Shown here piece after piece: positions 1-8,234 of a stretch of 64,000 nucleotides of DNA. Within the stretch, counting starts at the first letter, position 1. Every line of letters begins with the position of its first letter. The DNA is from an uncultured Thermococci archaeon (GTDB lineage Archaea > CAYQAE01 > CAYVLA01). Location of the stretch: assembly GCA_964549615.1 (NCBI GenBank), contig CAZJVP010000051.1, positions 88,485-152,484 of the forward strand. Direction: 5' to 3'. The notes under the pieces are model-generated. The model did no database searches. It had not been told where the DNA came from and saw only the letters and a list, made by a program, of their open reading frames with translations. A program made the translations under genes and the position numbers.

Positions 1-624
1 GAGGACACACTGTCCGAGGTGGAGAAGGGCATCCGGGCCAACCACTTTCCCAGGTACCCGTCCTCCTATGTTAGGAGCATCAGGACGCTGCTCGTGGAGG
101 CTGCGCGCTCCGAGGAGGCAGATCGCGCTCGCCTTTCCCGACTGGCGCGGAGATGCCATGAGGTGACGGAGGCGGTGTACTCCTACGAGTACGACAACGT
201 CGAGGTGGAAGTCACCTCGACGAGGATCAAGGTATCGAGCCTGTTCACCCTTGGGGAGAGCCAGCGGAGCTACGTCCTGGAGTTCATATCGCCCGAGCTG
301 GAGTACGGAGGAAGGACATTTCTGAAACGGGAGGTCCTGGCCTATATGGCGAGGGTCGGCAGGCCTCTGTCCAGGGGCGAAATCGAGCGAGGAATAGACA
401 GGAAGATCCCCTACTTCGGCCACATCATAGAGAGCCTGCTCAAGAAGTACATGGTGGTCCCCGTCCCGGGAGAGAACAGATATGAGCTGACCGGCACGGG
501 GAGGAAGGTGGGTGAGGTCTACATCCACCTCCTTGAGCGGATGAGTGCCCGGCTCAAGCGCCCCGGCTCGGCCAAGCGCTTGGCCCGCGGCAGTTCCACG
601 TCCATCCCACAGATCGCAGAGTGA
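1..624 (+). CDS. Hypothetical protein (5'-truncated by window) with C-terminal winged-helix-like domain
   Basis: Frame open from base 1; C-terminal 'LSRGEIERGI...IIESLLKKYMV...RYELTGTGRK' pattern resembles a wHTH. Confidence 0.6.
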   Translation, partial: EDTLSEVEKGIRANHFPRYPSSYVRSIRTLLVEAARSEEADRARLSRLARRCHEVTEAVYSYEYDNVEVEVTSTRIKVSSLFTLGESQRSYVLEFISPELEYGGRTFLKREVLAYMARVGRPLSRGEIERGIDRKIPYFGHIIESLLKKYMVVPVPGENRYELTGTGRKVGEVYIHLLERMSARLKRPGSAKRLARGSSTSIPQIAE

Positions 625-676
625 ATCCTGTCTAGACGCTTCCACGAGCCGACCAGACGACCTCGGCGGCGCCGGT

Positions 677-1414
677 CTACCTGTAGAGCACCTGGCACTT
701 GGGACAGAAGTAACTGACCCTGTTCCTTTCTCCCGTGTTCTTGGTGATGACCCTGTCCCCAGAGGCCGGGCATCTCGGCTTTCGATAAATCCCGAAGATA
801 CCCCCGAAGCCCTTTCCCGCTTTCTCAACCTCGTATAGCCTTAGGGCGAATTCCCTGGTCCTCTGGGCGAGGTCCGAAAGCCCGTCGCGGGGAATGGCGG
901 CCACGACGCTCATTGGATGGATTCGGGCGTCGAAGAGGGCCTCGTTCTTGATCATGTTCCCCACGCCAGCGTAGATCTCCTGGTCCATGAGCACGTCGCA
1001 TATCAGCTCGTCCGGCTTCTGGAGCGTCAGAGCAATGACCTTGTCCTTCTTCCAGCTCGGCCCGGTCACATCGATCTCGGGGTCGAAGGCCGGCCCAGTC
1101 AGCCCACCATCGATGATCCGCACGGAGCAGTTGTAAAACCGCAATTTCCCGTCTTCAAGGTCAAGGCCCAGCCTCGGGGTCACCCCGGGCCTTTCCTCGT
1201 CGACGCGCCAGCTGCCGTACATCATGAAGTGAATCCTCACGTGGAAGTCGGGAAAGGCTATGATGAGCTGTTTTCCTCTGCTGAATATCTCCCGGATCAC
1301 GAGGGAGTTCATCCGTGGGGCCTGGATCCTAGCACTGCCGAAGCTCTTGACGACCCTCTTGCCCTGGAATGCAGAAAGCCGCTCTGAGACGATTCTGACC
1401 ATGGGTCCTTCCAC
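677..1414 (-). CDS. Fpg/Nei family DNA glycosylase/AP lyase (endonuclease VIII-like)
   Basis: MEGP N-terminus (GTG start), RGKQL, HFMMYGSW, H2TH motif LMDQEIYAGVGNMIKNEALF, C-terminal zinc-finger-like CPAS...FCPKCQ. Confidence 0.88.
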   Translation of the reverse strand: MEGPMVRIVSERLSAFQGKRVVKSFGSARIQAPRMNSLVIREIFSRGKQLIIAFPDFHVRIHFMMYGSWRVDEERPGVTPRLGLDLEDGKLRFYNCSVRIIDGGLTGPAFDPEIDVTGPSWKKDKVIALTLQKPDELICDVLMDQEIYAGVGNMIKNEALFDARIHPMSVVAAIPRDGLSDLAQRTREFALRLYEVEKAGKGFGGIFGIYRKPRCPASGDRVITKNTGERNRVSYFCPKCQVLYR

Positions 1415-1521
1415 GGCGGCTCTCTCGCCGCCAGGTTGAAATCTGCCCCCTCGCAGCCGGGGACACGCCAAGGCGGAGGCGGGTGCCATCCTGAAACAAG
1501 CACCCGCGGGATGAGGCAACG

Positions 1522-1527
1522 TATATA
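1522..1527 (+). promoter_or_regulatory. Probable TATA box of HIT gene (short or leaderless transcript)
   Basis: TATATA ending about 22 nt upstream of ATG 1549 in a GC-rich background; equivalent 'tattta' in copy B. Confidence 0.5.
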
Positions 1528-1548
1528 CTGGTCCTCCGATGATCGGAC

Positions 1549-1980
1549 ATGGCAGGATGTCCATTCTGCGAGATAAGCTCTGGGGAGGCCCCGGCGAGCA
1601 TCGTCTACCGGGACGCGAAGGTGATGGCCTTCATGGATCTGCGCCCGGCCAATCCGGGTCACGTCTTGGTCATCCCAAGGGAACACTGGGAAACCATACA
1701 TGAGGTCCCCGATTCTATCTTGGTCGACGTCTTCAGGATTGTGAAGCGCGTGGCTGGTGCGGTCAGGGAGGCAGTCAACGCCGAGGGCATCAACGTCATA
1801 CAGAGCAACGGCAGAGCAGCGTACCAGATGGTGGACCATTTTCATGTGCACGTCATACCGAGATTCCAAGGGGACGCTATCTCCAAGACGGTCCAGGCTG
1901 TGCTGGCGCCACTGGAGTTTGAAACGGCGCAGAGGGAGGACCTGGACGAGGTGGCAGACCTCATCAGAAAGTCTCTCTGA
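1549..1980 (+). CDS. HIT family (histidine triad) nucleotide hydrolase, copy A
   Basis: CPFC, GHVLVIP, HFHVHVIP motifs. Confidence 0.95.
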   Translation: MAGCPFCEISSGEAPASIVYRDAKVMAFMDLRPANPGHVLVIPREHWETIHEVPDSILVDVFRIVKRVAGAVREAVNAEGINVIQSNGRAAYQMVDHFHVHVIPRFQGDAISKTVQAVLAPLEFETAQREDLDEVADLIRKSL

Positions 1981-2124
1981 GCGGCAACGTGGGTGAATCA
2001 CATCGGCATTGCGGTCCCGGGGCCGCTCCCCCTAACCAAGGGTGGATGATCGTGCTCCATCGGAGACTACTGGACCACAACAGATTTCAGAGGAGGCGCC
2101 AGGAGGCAGTCTACTGGGGATGAG

Positions 2125-2417
2125 ATGGGGCTGCTGGGTAGAGAGGTTGGCCTGGCCTTGATCACCCAGTGCTTTTTTTCGGACTGTACGGCGTGGCATC
2201 CCCTTCCATACCGTTCGGCCTCCTCTGGATCGGGCTGATCGCAGGCTTCGTTTATGCAGCGGTTCAGGGCCGCAGGAAGAGGTTCACCTTCCTGACCCGG
2301 GCCACATCCTCTCCCATCTCCCTTGTTCTTACCGGCTACTTCATTTCTGCCCCAAACCCAAACTGCAGCCGTGTGGTCTTTCCTCGGCGTGCAGAACAAC
2401 ACCGCTATCGCCGGTAA
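2125..2417 (+). pseudogene. Frameshifted and truncated copy of the small membrane protein at 7635-8033
   Basis: MGLLGREVGLAL then -1 frameshift near 2167; homology ends at YFISA (2350). Confidence 0.75.
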
Positions 2418-2767
2418 AGAATGCCAAAGGGGATGGGACAGTTCGCCACAAAAACTCTGGCAAGAATCGCCCCCCATAATGACGATATCAGGGCAGCAGC
2501 AGCGATCTTCATCCTGACGCAGCCAATGAACCATGGCACTCGGGGAGCTGCGGTTCGCAGCCATTGCAAATTTATGGGTTTCGCCTAGACGCGCAGCCTG
2601 CCTGCAGGAAGTCGTCAATCGCCATCACCGCCTAGGTGATTGCCTGCAATCGCATTCCAGAGGTGGCTCATCCCACTCTCACGAAGGGCAAGTTGTTCGA
2701 AGCTTGGGTTTCCATCCGCAAGGCGGCTTGATGGTCTTGCAGGGGGGAGCCGGTCTCAACCAGCACC

Positions 2768-3430
2768 TCAACTATGAGGAACCTGTTCAGCGACGGATAG
2801 AGCGAGGGCCTCCACCTGCTCCATGCTCATCTCAGTACTCGCCACGATCTGGTATAGCAGGTCTCCGGCTTGGAAGGTGGCTTGCTTATTCATGTTGCTG
2901 TGGGAGAGCATGACCTCGTGCCCCGCCATCGACTTTACTTCTGCGTAGGGGATCTCGTTTTGCTCGGCCCTAGCCACGATGTCTGCGACGCCTGGGCCGG
3001 TGTATGGCCGGGACACCAGAAGGAAGAAGCCCCCGCTGTCGCACACTTGCCATATCTCGCCATCCTCATCCAGTTTGCCGGGGCAGTATATGAGGACCAC
3101 ATGTCGCCCCAACTCGCCAATGCTGACCCGGACGTCCGCCAAGCGGAGGCTCCCTGGGATGCTACGCGGGACGGGGATCGGAAACCCCATCTTGGTTACG
3201 GCGTCTTTGAGGCTTACGCTCTGTCCCCACAACACCTTGATCGGTGCATACGGCTGCTGGATGCCGAGAGGCCCAGCCGAAGTCGCCCTCTGGCCATCTG
3301 CCCTCTTCTCGTTGAGGAAGTAGGCGGTGAGGCCCACCAAGGTTCCCATCAGGGCTCCGGCTGCAACAACCAAGGCCAAAGCCCTCCAGCCAACCACCCC
3401 TTCAAGCATCCTTGCAGTCTTTCCATACAC
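2768..3430 (-). CDS. Membrane-anchored hypothetical protein (possibly DUF4367-like)
   Basis: N-terminal TM helix, then 'SLKDAVTKMGFPIPVPRSIPG...L..EQVEALALSV' pattern; GGAGG upstream of GTG. Confidence 0.6.
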   Translation of the reverse strand: MYGKTARMLEGVVGWRALALVVAAGALMGTLVGLTAYFLNEKRADGQRATSAGPLGIQQPYAPIKVLWGQSVSLKDAVTKMGFPIPVPRSIPGSLRLADVRVSIGELGRHVVLIYCPGKLDEDGEIWQVCDSGGFFLLVSRPYTGPGVADIVARAEQNEIPYAEVKSMAGHEVMLSHSNMNKQATFQAGDLLYQIVASTEMSMEQVEALALSVAEQVPHS

Positions 3431-3450
3431 CGTAGTGCATCCCTCCAGGG

Positions 3451-4056
3451 TCAGGGTCCGTGGCAATAGAACTCGTGGCTCGGACCTGAGGCGGGAACTC
3501 TTTGTAGTTGGCAAGGCGGGTCCGCGTGGTCCCAGTTCGTCGAGAAATACCAATGGTTCAGCCCCGCCCCTGCATACTTAAGATTCCACCAGTGGTACTC
3601 CATCTGGTTCTGGTTGTCGTGTGATTCGCACTGGGCAGAGGGGACCCCGTTCCTCAACGGAAAGTTGTATCTCGTGTTGTACACGTTTCCGTCGATGGGC
3701 GCATACCACGGCCCATTGGGGTAATACCCCCTCGTTGTGTAGATCTTGAACTCATGATTGGTGCCGACGGGGTCATCGTTGCACCTATGGAATCCATACA
3801 CCCCATTTTCGGTCCAGTCAAAGTAATAGTGCACCTGGGGGTAGAAGGCTTCCCTATAGGGGATCTTCCCCTGATGTTGCCCGATCTGATACCAGTCCCC
3901 GTTGGCCATGGTGATCGTCACGAAGGAGGCGACACCGCTCCAATCTGGTTCATAGACGATGTTGTTTTGAGCAATCACTTGGTATCCCTCGACTCCGTAG
4001 CTCTGGTCGCATGCTTCTCCAAGGCAAACCCACCAGCCTCCTTTCACGGCGAGCAC
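3451..4056 (-). CDS. Putative secreted aromatic-rich beta-sandwich protein; start uncertain
   Basis: Coherent 201-aa ORF rich in W/Y/N/G; hydrophobic stretch around the start; co-directional with 2768-3430. Confidence 0.6.
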   Translation of the reverse strand: MLAVKGGWWVCLGEACDQSYGVEGYQVIAQNNIVYEPDWSGVASFVTITMANGDWYQIGQHQGKIPYREAFYPQVHYYFDWTENGVYGFHRCNDDPVGTNHEFKIYTTRGYYPNGPWYAPIDGNVYNTRYNFPLRNGVPSAQCESHDNQNQMEYHWWNLKYAGAGLNHWYFSTNWDHADPPCQLQRVPASGPSHEFYCHGP

Positions 4057-4161
4057 GGTTACGATGGACGCAAAGCAAATGCTGCCGCCGAAGCCGCAAA
4101 GAGCTGAAACAACCTCGTCACATATCCCACCCGCCAGAAGTTTCCCTCCCTCTCCTTATGA

Positions 4162-5086
4162 ATGTTCCGGCCGGTGGAGAAAGAAGAAGTAGAAAAGGTG
4201 CTCATGTGCAGGGACTATGCCCAGGGACACACAACCTACGACTGTCCCAAGTGTGGCCGCATCACTATCGTACCCTTCACGTGTAAGAGCCGCCTATCCT
4301 CGGCCTGTGGGAAGAAACACACCGACAGATGGGCAGACAAGGTCAGCGCCGAGCTTCTGGAGGTAGCCCATCGGCACATGGTCTTCACCACACCAGACAA
4401 GCTCTGGCCCCACCTGGAACAACACCGATGGCTACTCAAGGACGTCATGGACACGGTCAAAACAGCGCTGGAGGAGGTGGTAAACCACAGGTGGAAAGCC
4501 CTCCAGATAGTCCCAGGGATAATCAAGTCCTCCACACCTATGGCAGGGAATTCAAGTTCAACCCCCACATCCAGGCCATAGTGACGGACGGGGACTCAGA
4601 GAAAGGGACTAGTACGGCGGGGAGAGGCGGATGGATGTCAACTTCTTTCCCTACGAGAAGCTGAGAAAGGTGTGGCAGCACCAGCTGGTCACAGGGATCA
4701 GGGAGAAACTCCCCCACGACAAGGAGCTGCACAGCCTCCTGGACCAGCTCTACAGGGAGAAGGAGAACGGATTCTACGTCTACGCCAAGAGAAGGATCGA
4801 AGGCAAGGAGAAGGAGTTCATCTGCAGATACGTCGCAAGGTACGTCCGCCACCCAGCCATAGCTGAAACCCGAATAAACAGCTACAACCCGCACACCAGG
4901 ATGGTCGAGTTCTGGTACAGACACGACGACGACACGGAAACAGTGAGCATGCACGTCTACGAGCTCATAGGCAAGCTCATAGGACACATACCACCTAGAC
5001 AGTTCAAGACGATAAGGTACTACGGCCTGTACGCCAGGAACAAGAAGAGAAAGATCCAAGATGTGCTGATTGTAGCTCACATTCTC
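4162..5086 (+). mobile_element. Decayed IS91/IS801-family (Y2, rolling-circle) transposase with two frameshifts
   Basis: Zn domain C..CPKCG....PFTCKSR, HRHMVFT, LHTYG...NPHIQ (HUH altered), YVARYVRHP (Y2 motif), RYYGLY spread over ORFs 4162-4581, 4329-4664 and 4631-5176. Confidence 0.88.
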
Positions 5087-5125
5087 ATGAATGTTTCGCT
5101 ACGAGTAGCGCCACGAGCGACGGGC

Positions 5126-5140
5126 GAGAAAAGTATAAAT
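5126..5140 (+). promoter_or_regulatory. Probable BRE-TATA promoter for 5173
   Basis: GAGAAAAG-TATAAAT about 35 nt upstream of ATG. Confidence 0.55.
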
Positions 5141-5172
5141 GGGGCCCTGTCTAAAGGCAAGACGGAGGGAGA

Positions 5173-5511
5173 ATGATGCAGCGCAGAATCTGGGCCTTCT
5201 TAGGCATCGGCATCCTAGCCTTCAGCCTCTCGTGTACCGTGTGGCTTCTCTGGTCGCGGAACCTCATTCTGCCAGAAGCTAGGGTCGAACTGATAAGGTG
5301 GGGCGATGGGGTCCGGGTGATTTGGACAGCGGAAGAACCGGGGACCGTCCTGTGGGTTAAGGGAACTGGGAACTATCCGAGACATCATCCCCCCAGCACA
5401 TCGGGAGAGTCCTACGATTTTCCCGGCCCCGCCCTCATACCGGACAGATTCATAGTCTGCACCCGCATAGGGAACAGCGTGAGATACGAGATCCACAGCC
5501 TGCATGAGTGA
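5173..5511 (+). CDS. Small membrane-anchored hypothetical protein
   Basis: N-terminal TM helix, GGAGG RBS and TATA upstream. Confidence 0.65.
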   Translation: MMQRRIWAFLGIGILAFSLSCTVWLLWSRNLILPEARVELIRWGDGVRVIWTAEEPGTVLWVKGTGNYPRHHPPSTSGESYDFPGPALIPDRFIVCTRIGNSVRYEIHSLHE

Positions 5512-5557
5512 GGAAGAAGGAAAAAAAGAAAAAAGGAGGTTCACGTTATCCGTTGGC

Positions 5558-6223
5558 CTACCAAGTGACGTAGATTCCGTTAGACTGTATGTCGCAGTCC
5601 ACCTCTGCCCACGCATCGTCGCCCGATACTTTGTTCTCCGACTTTGTCTGCACATACACAGAACAGTCAATTATGGTGAACGTCGCTTGGATCGCCCACG
5701 GGCCATCGCACGCGATATCCACTTGGAACCATCCGTTGCCATCCGGACCCTCATTCTCTAAGTGTGTGTGATACTGCCCGCTGGTACATATCTGTCCATC
5801 GAAAGTATAGGTCTTCTCGTAGGTCTTGCTGTCTCGGTTATCCATCACCTTGAAGTGAACCTTGACATGGTAGCTTCCCCATCCCTGACCATCGGCCTGC
5901 AACGTAACCGGACCGGAAAAGTCGAACTCTGCATAGAGCGCTGCTCCGTTGCCTACCGGGTCCAAGAGAGAGCCGACTGTAATCGAGTCATAGTAGAATG
6001 TGTGGTACGACGACAGTTCTCTCAGGTTGTTCTCGCTCGGATACGGTTCGACATACTCGTAGGAGTTCGACGATGTCAGACTGCCATCGCCGTAACCGGG
6101 GTCGTACACGAACCAATCTGCGCTGACGCCCGTGGAATAGAATCGGTCGCTGCCCGCAAACACGAGGACGGCTGAAACGAGGATAATGAGGTACGCTGCC
6201 AGAAACTTGTCATTTCTCTTCAA
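5558..6223 (-). CDS. Secreted hypothetical protein (acidic, Tyr/Asp-rich)
   Basis: Signal-peptide-like N-terminus, GGAGGTG RBS upstream, lower GC than flanks. Confidence 0.75.
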   Translation of the reverse strand: MKRNDKFLAAYLIILVSAVLVFAGSDRFYSTGVSADWFVYDPGYGDGSLTSSNSYEYVEPYPSENNLRELSSYHTFYYDSITVGSLLDPVGNGAALYAEFDFSGPVTLQADGQGWGSYHVKVHFKVMDNRDSKTYEKTYTFDGQICTSGQYHTHLENEGPDGNGWFQVDIACDGPWAIQATFTIIDCSVYVQTKSENKVSGDDAWAEVDCDIQSNGIYVTW

Positions 6224-6380
6224 AACTTACACCTCCTTTACAGTTTGTACGAATAGCGGAGGTGCAAGACAGACGAAGATCCGGACCAGCGCACTAACCC
6301 GTAACACTTATAGAACGCCGCAGCCCTCTCTATGCGGGCCTGAATTCCGGTTCTACTCATCGGTGATGCACGCTCCGATT

Positions 6381-6404
6381 GTCCCGCAGCCCAAACTGCG
6401 GGAC
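6381..6404. other. Perfect 9-bp stem hairpin (gtcccgcag-cccaaa-ctgcgggac)
   Basis: Inverted repeat seen directly; a weaker stem and a T-tract follow at about 6410-6447. Confidence 0.6.
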
Positions 6405-6604
6405 TAGGGCCGGACAGGAAACCCTATCCGGCTTTCCTACTTTTTTTGGCAGCCGCAGCCGATCAGAGCAGTCTCAAGCCCCTCATCATTCGCAGCCATC
6501 CCAGCACGATCGACAGCACATGTGTGCCCAAGGCGGCATCGGCCATCTCGGCTTAAAGCCGTCTCTTTACCCTCTCCTTGCTGAGACTTGTCCAGATCGC
6601 TCAT

Positions 6605-6652
6605 TGTGACTGTGACTGTGACTGTGACTGTGACTGTGACTGTGACTGTGAC
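6605..6652 (+). repeat. Microsatellite (TGTGAC)x8
   Basis: Eight perfect hexamer copies. Confidence 0.97.
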
Positions 6653-6738
6653 GGTATCGTGGCGGATTGTGCCCAATCCGACAGTCGTGTATGGTACCTC
6701 ATGGGCACAAGTGGTAGCGAATCCCCCACCAATGCAGC

Positions 6739-6914
6739 CCTCACGTGGAGGCCCGGGAAGGCGATGACCAGCTGCTTGCTCCCGCTGAATGCGTCCCTGA
6801 TCACTAGTTCATCTTGGAGGCATCGATCTTCGCATCGACGAAGCTCCTGACGACCTTGCTGCCCTTGAACCCGGAGAGGCGCTCGGACACGATTCTAAGC
6901 AGGTGTCCTTCCAT
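6739..6914 (-). pseudogene. Fpg/Nei 5' fragment, frameshifted and truncated
   Basis: MEGHLLRIVSERLSGFKGSKVV...KMN, 4-nt deletion, then ..SKQLVIAFPGLHVR; homology ends near 6739. Confidence 0.85.
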
Positions 6915-7060
6915 GGCCATCCCCTGGCCAGCGGTTTGAGATTTCCTCCTCCTTCAGGGCGCCTGCGCCAAAGCCCAAGGCGGTCTCGGGCACGGCGGAA
7001 AGGCATTAGGGGAGCAGGGAGCAAGACAACGTATTTAGCCAGTCCGCCCGATGATGGGCC

Positions 7061-7492
7061 ATGGCAAGATGTCCCTTCTGCGAGATAAGCTCCGGAGAGG
7101 CCCCGGCTAGCATCGTGTACCAGGATGCGGCTGTGATGGCCTTCATGGACCTGCGCCCGGCCAATGCCGGCCATGTCTTGGTCATCCCCAGGAAGCACTG
7201 GGAAACCATACACGAGATCCCGGACTCAACCCTGGTCGACATCTTCAGGGTGGCGAAAAGGGTGGCTGGTGCGGTCAAGGAGGCCGTCAGCGCCGAGGGC
7301 ATCAACGTCGTACAGAGCAACGGCCGGGCAGCGTACCAGATGGTGAACCACCTTCACGTGCACGTCATACCGAGATTCCAGGGAGATGCTATATCCAAGA
7401 CGGTCCAGGCCGTTCTGGCGTCGCTGGAGTTTGACGTCGCACAGAGAGAGGACTTGGACGAGGTGGCCGAGCTTATCAGAAGGTCTCTCTGA
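7061..7492 (+). CDS. HIT family hydrolase, copy B
   Basis: HLHVHVIP; 20 substitutions in 143 aa versus copy A (manual count). Confidence 0.95.
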   Translation: MARCPFCEISSGEAPASIVYQDAAVMAFMDLRPANAGHVLVIPRKHWETIHEIPDSTLVDIFRVAKRVAGAVKEAVSAEGINVVQSNGRAAYQMVNHLHVHVIPRFQGDAISKTVQAVLASLEFDVAQREDLDEVAELIRRSL

Positions 7493-7634
7493 CGGATTGC
7501 CTAGGCGGACCACAGCGGCATTTCAGATCTTGGGCCGTGTTCTCCGCCAGCGAGGGCTGCGTGCGGCCCTCGGGAATGCTGGACCATAACAGCTTTCAGA
7601 GGGAGGAGTCTTCAGGGAACCGGCAGGGGATGAG

Positions 7635-8033
7635 ATGGGGCTGCTGGCTAGAGAGACTGGTTTGGCGTTGACAATCTCCATGCTGTTCCTCGGCATGCAT
7701 GCCCTGCGGTCTCCTACCATACCCCTCGGCCTACTCTTCGCCGGGCTGATCGCAGGCCTCGTTTTCACAGTCGTCCAGGGCCACCGAAAGAGGGTCAACT
7801 TCCTGACCAGGGCTGCCTCCTCCGCCGTCTCCCTCGTTCTCGCCGGCTACTTCCTTTCTGCTGCGATCTACCTGCTTCTGCCTCTCAAGCCATCCCCGTA
7901 TCTGGCGGTCCTCATGCCTCTGTACCTGATCCTCGCCTACCGGTTGCTGAGAACCGACCTTAGGATGTGGTCTTGGTACAGGTCCGCCCACCCGGCACTT
8001 CCCGGCAGAGTCCCGGGGCAGAACTCCGTCTAG
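7635..8033 (+). CDS. Small multi-pass membrane protein
   Basis: About four hydrophobic segments; broken paralog at 2125. Confidence 0.7.
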   Translation: MGLLARETGLALTISMLFLGMHALRSPTIPLGLLFAGLIAGLVFTVVQGHRKRVNFLTRAASSAVSLVLAGYFLSAAIYLLLPLKPSPYLAVLMPLYLILAYRLLRTDLRMWSWYRSAHPALPGRVPGQNSV

Positions 8034-8234
8034 CTTTGGTGATTCCGTTCAATACCTCTCATCGAGTAGGGCTCCAAATGTGGATGGGCGACTATCCCGA
8101 TGGTAGTCGAAGCAGACACCCTGGTCTTTGAGTGTATCTGCCGTCGGTTTCCGTTCGTGACCCCTTGTCATTTCAGCACCAAATGGTGGATGATATTTAA
8201 GCAACACGGCCCCTAATGCACCTTCTGGTGTGTT

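Larger units (their letters stand above)
1235..2350 (+). repeat. Diverged ~1.1-kb direct repeat, copy A (fpg 5' part, HIT, membrane gene 5' part)
   Basis: Aligns by eye with 6739-7861 from 'cctcacgtgga' to 'ccggctacttc.tttctgc'. Confidence 0.9.
6739..7861 (+). repeat. Diverged ~1.1-kb direct repeat, copy B
   Basis: Aligns with 1235-2350. Confidence 0.9.

Noticed and set aside
4164-4167. GTTC as an IS91 terminus or target tetranucleotide
   Set aside because: A 4-mer is uninformative, and its orientation does not match the expected terIS relative to the transposase.
6800-6810. In-frame TAG in fpg copy B as pyrrolysine readthrough
   Set aside because: It arises from a 4-nt deletion, is followed immediately by TGA, and homology continues in another frame.
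6578-6850. ORFs with CDCDCD, TVTVTV or SQSQSQ tracts as real proteins
   Set aside because: They are translations of the TGTGAC microsatellite and the fpg pseudogene.
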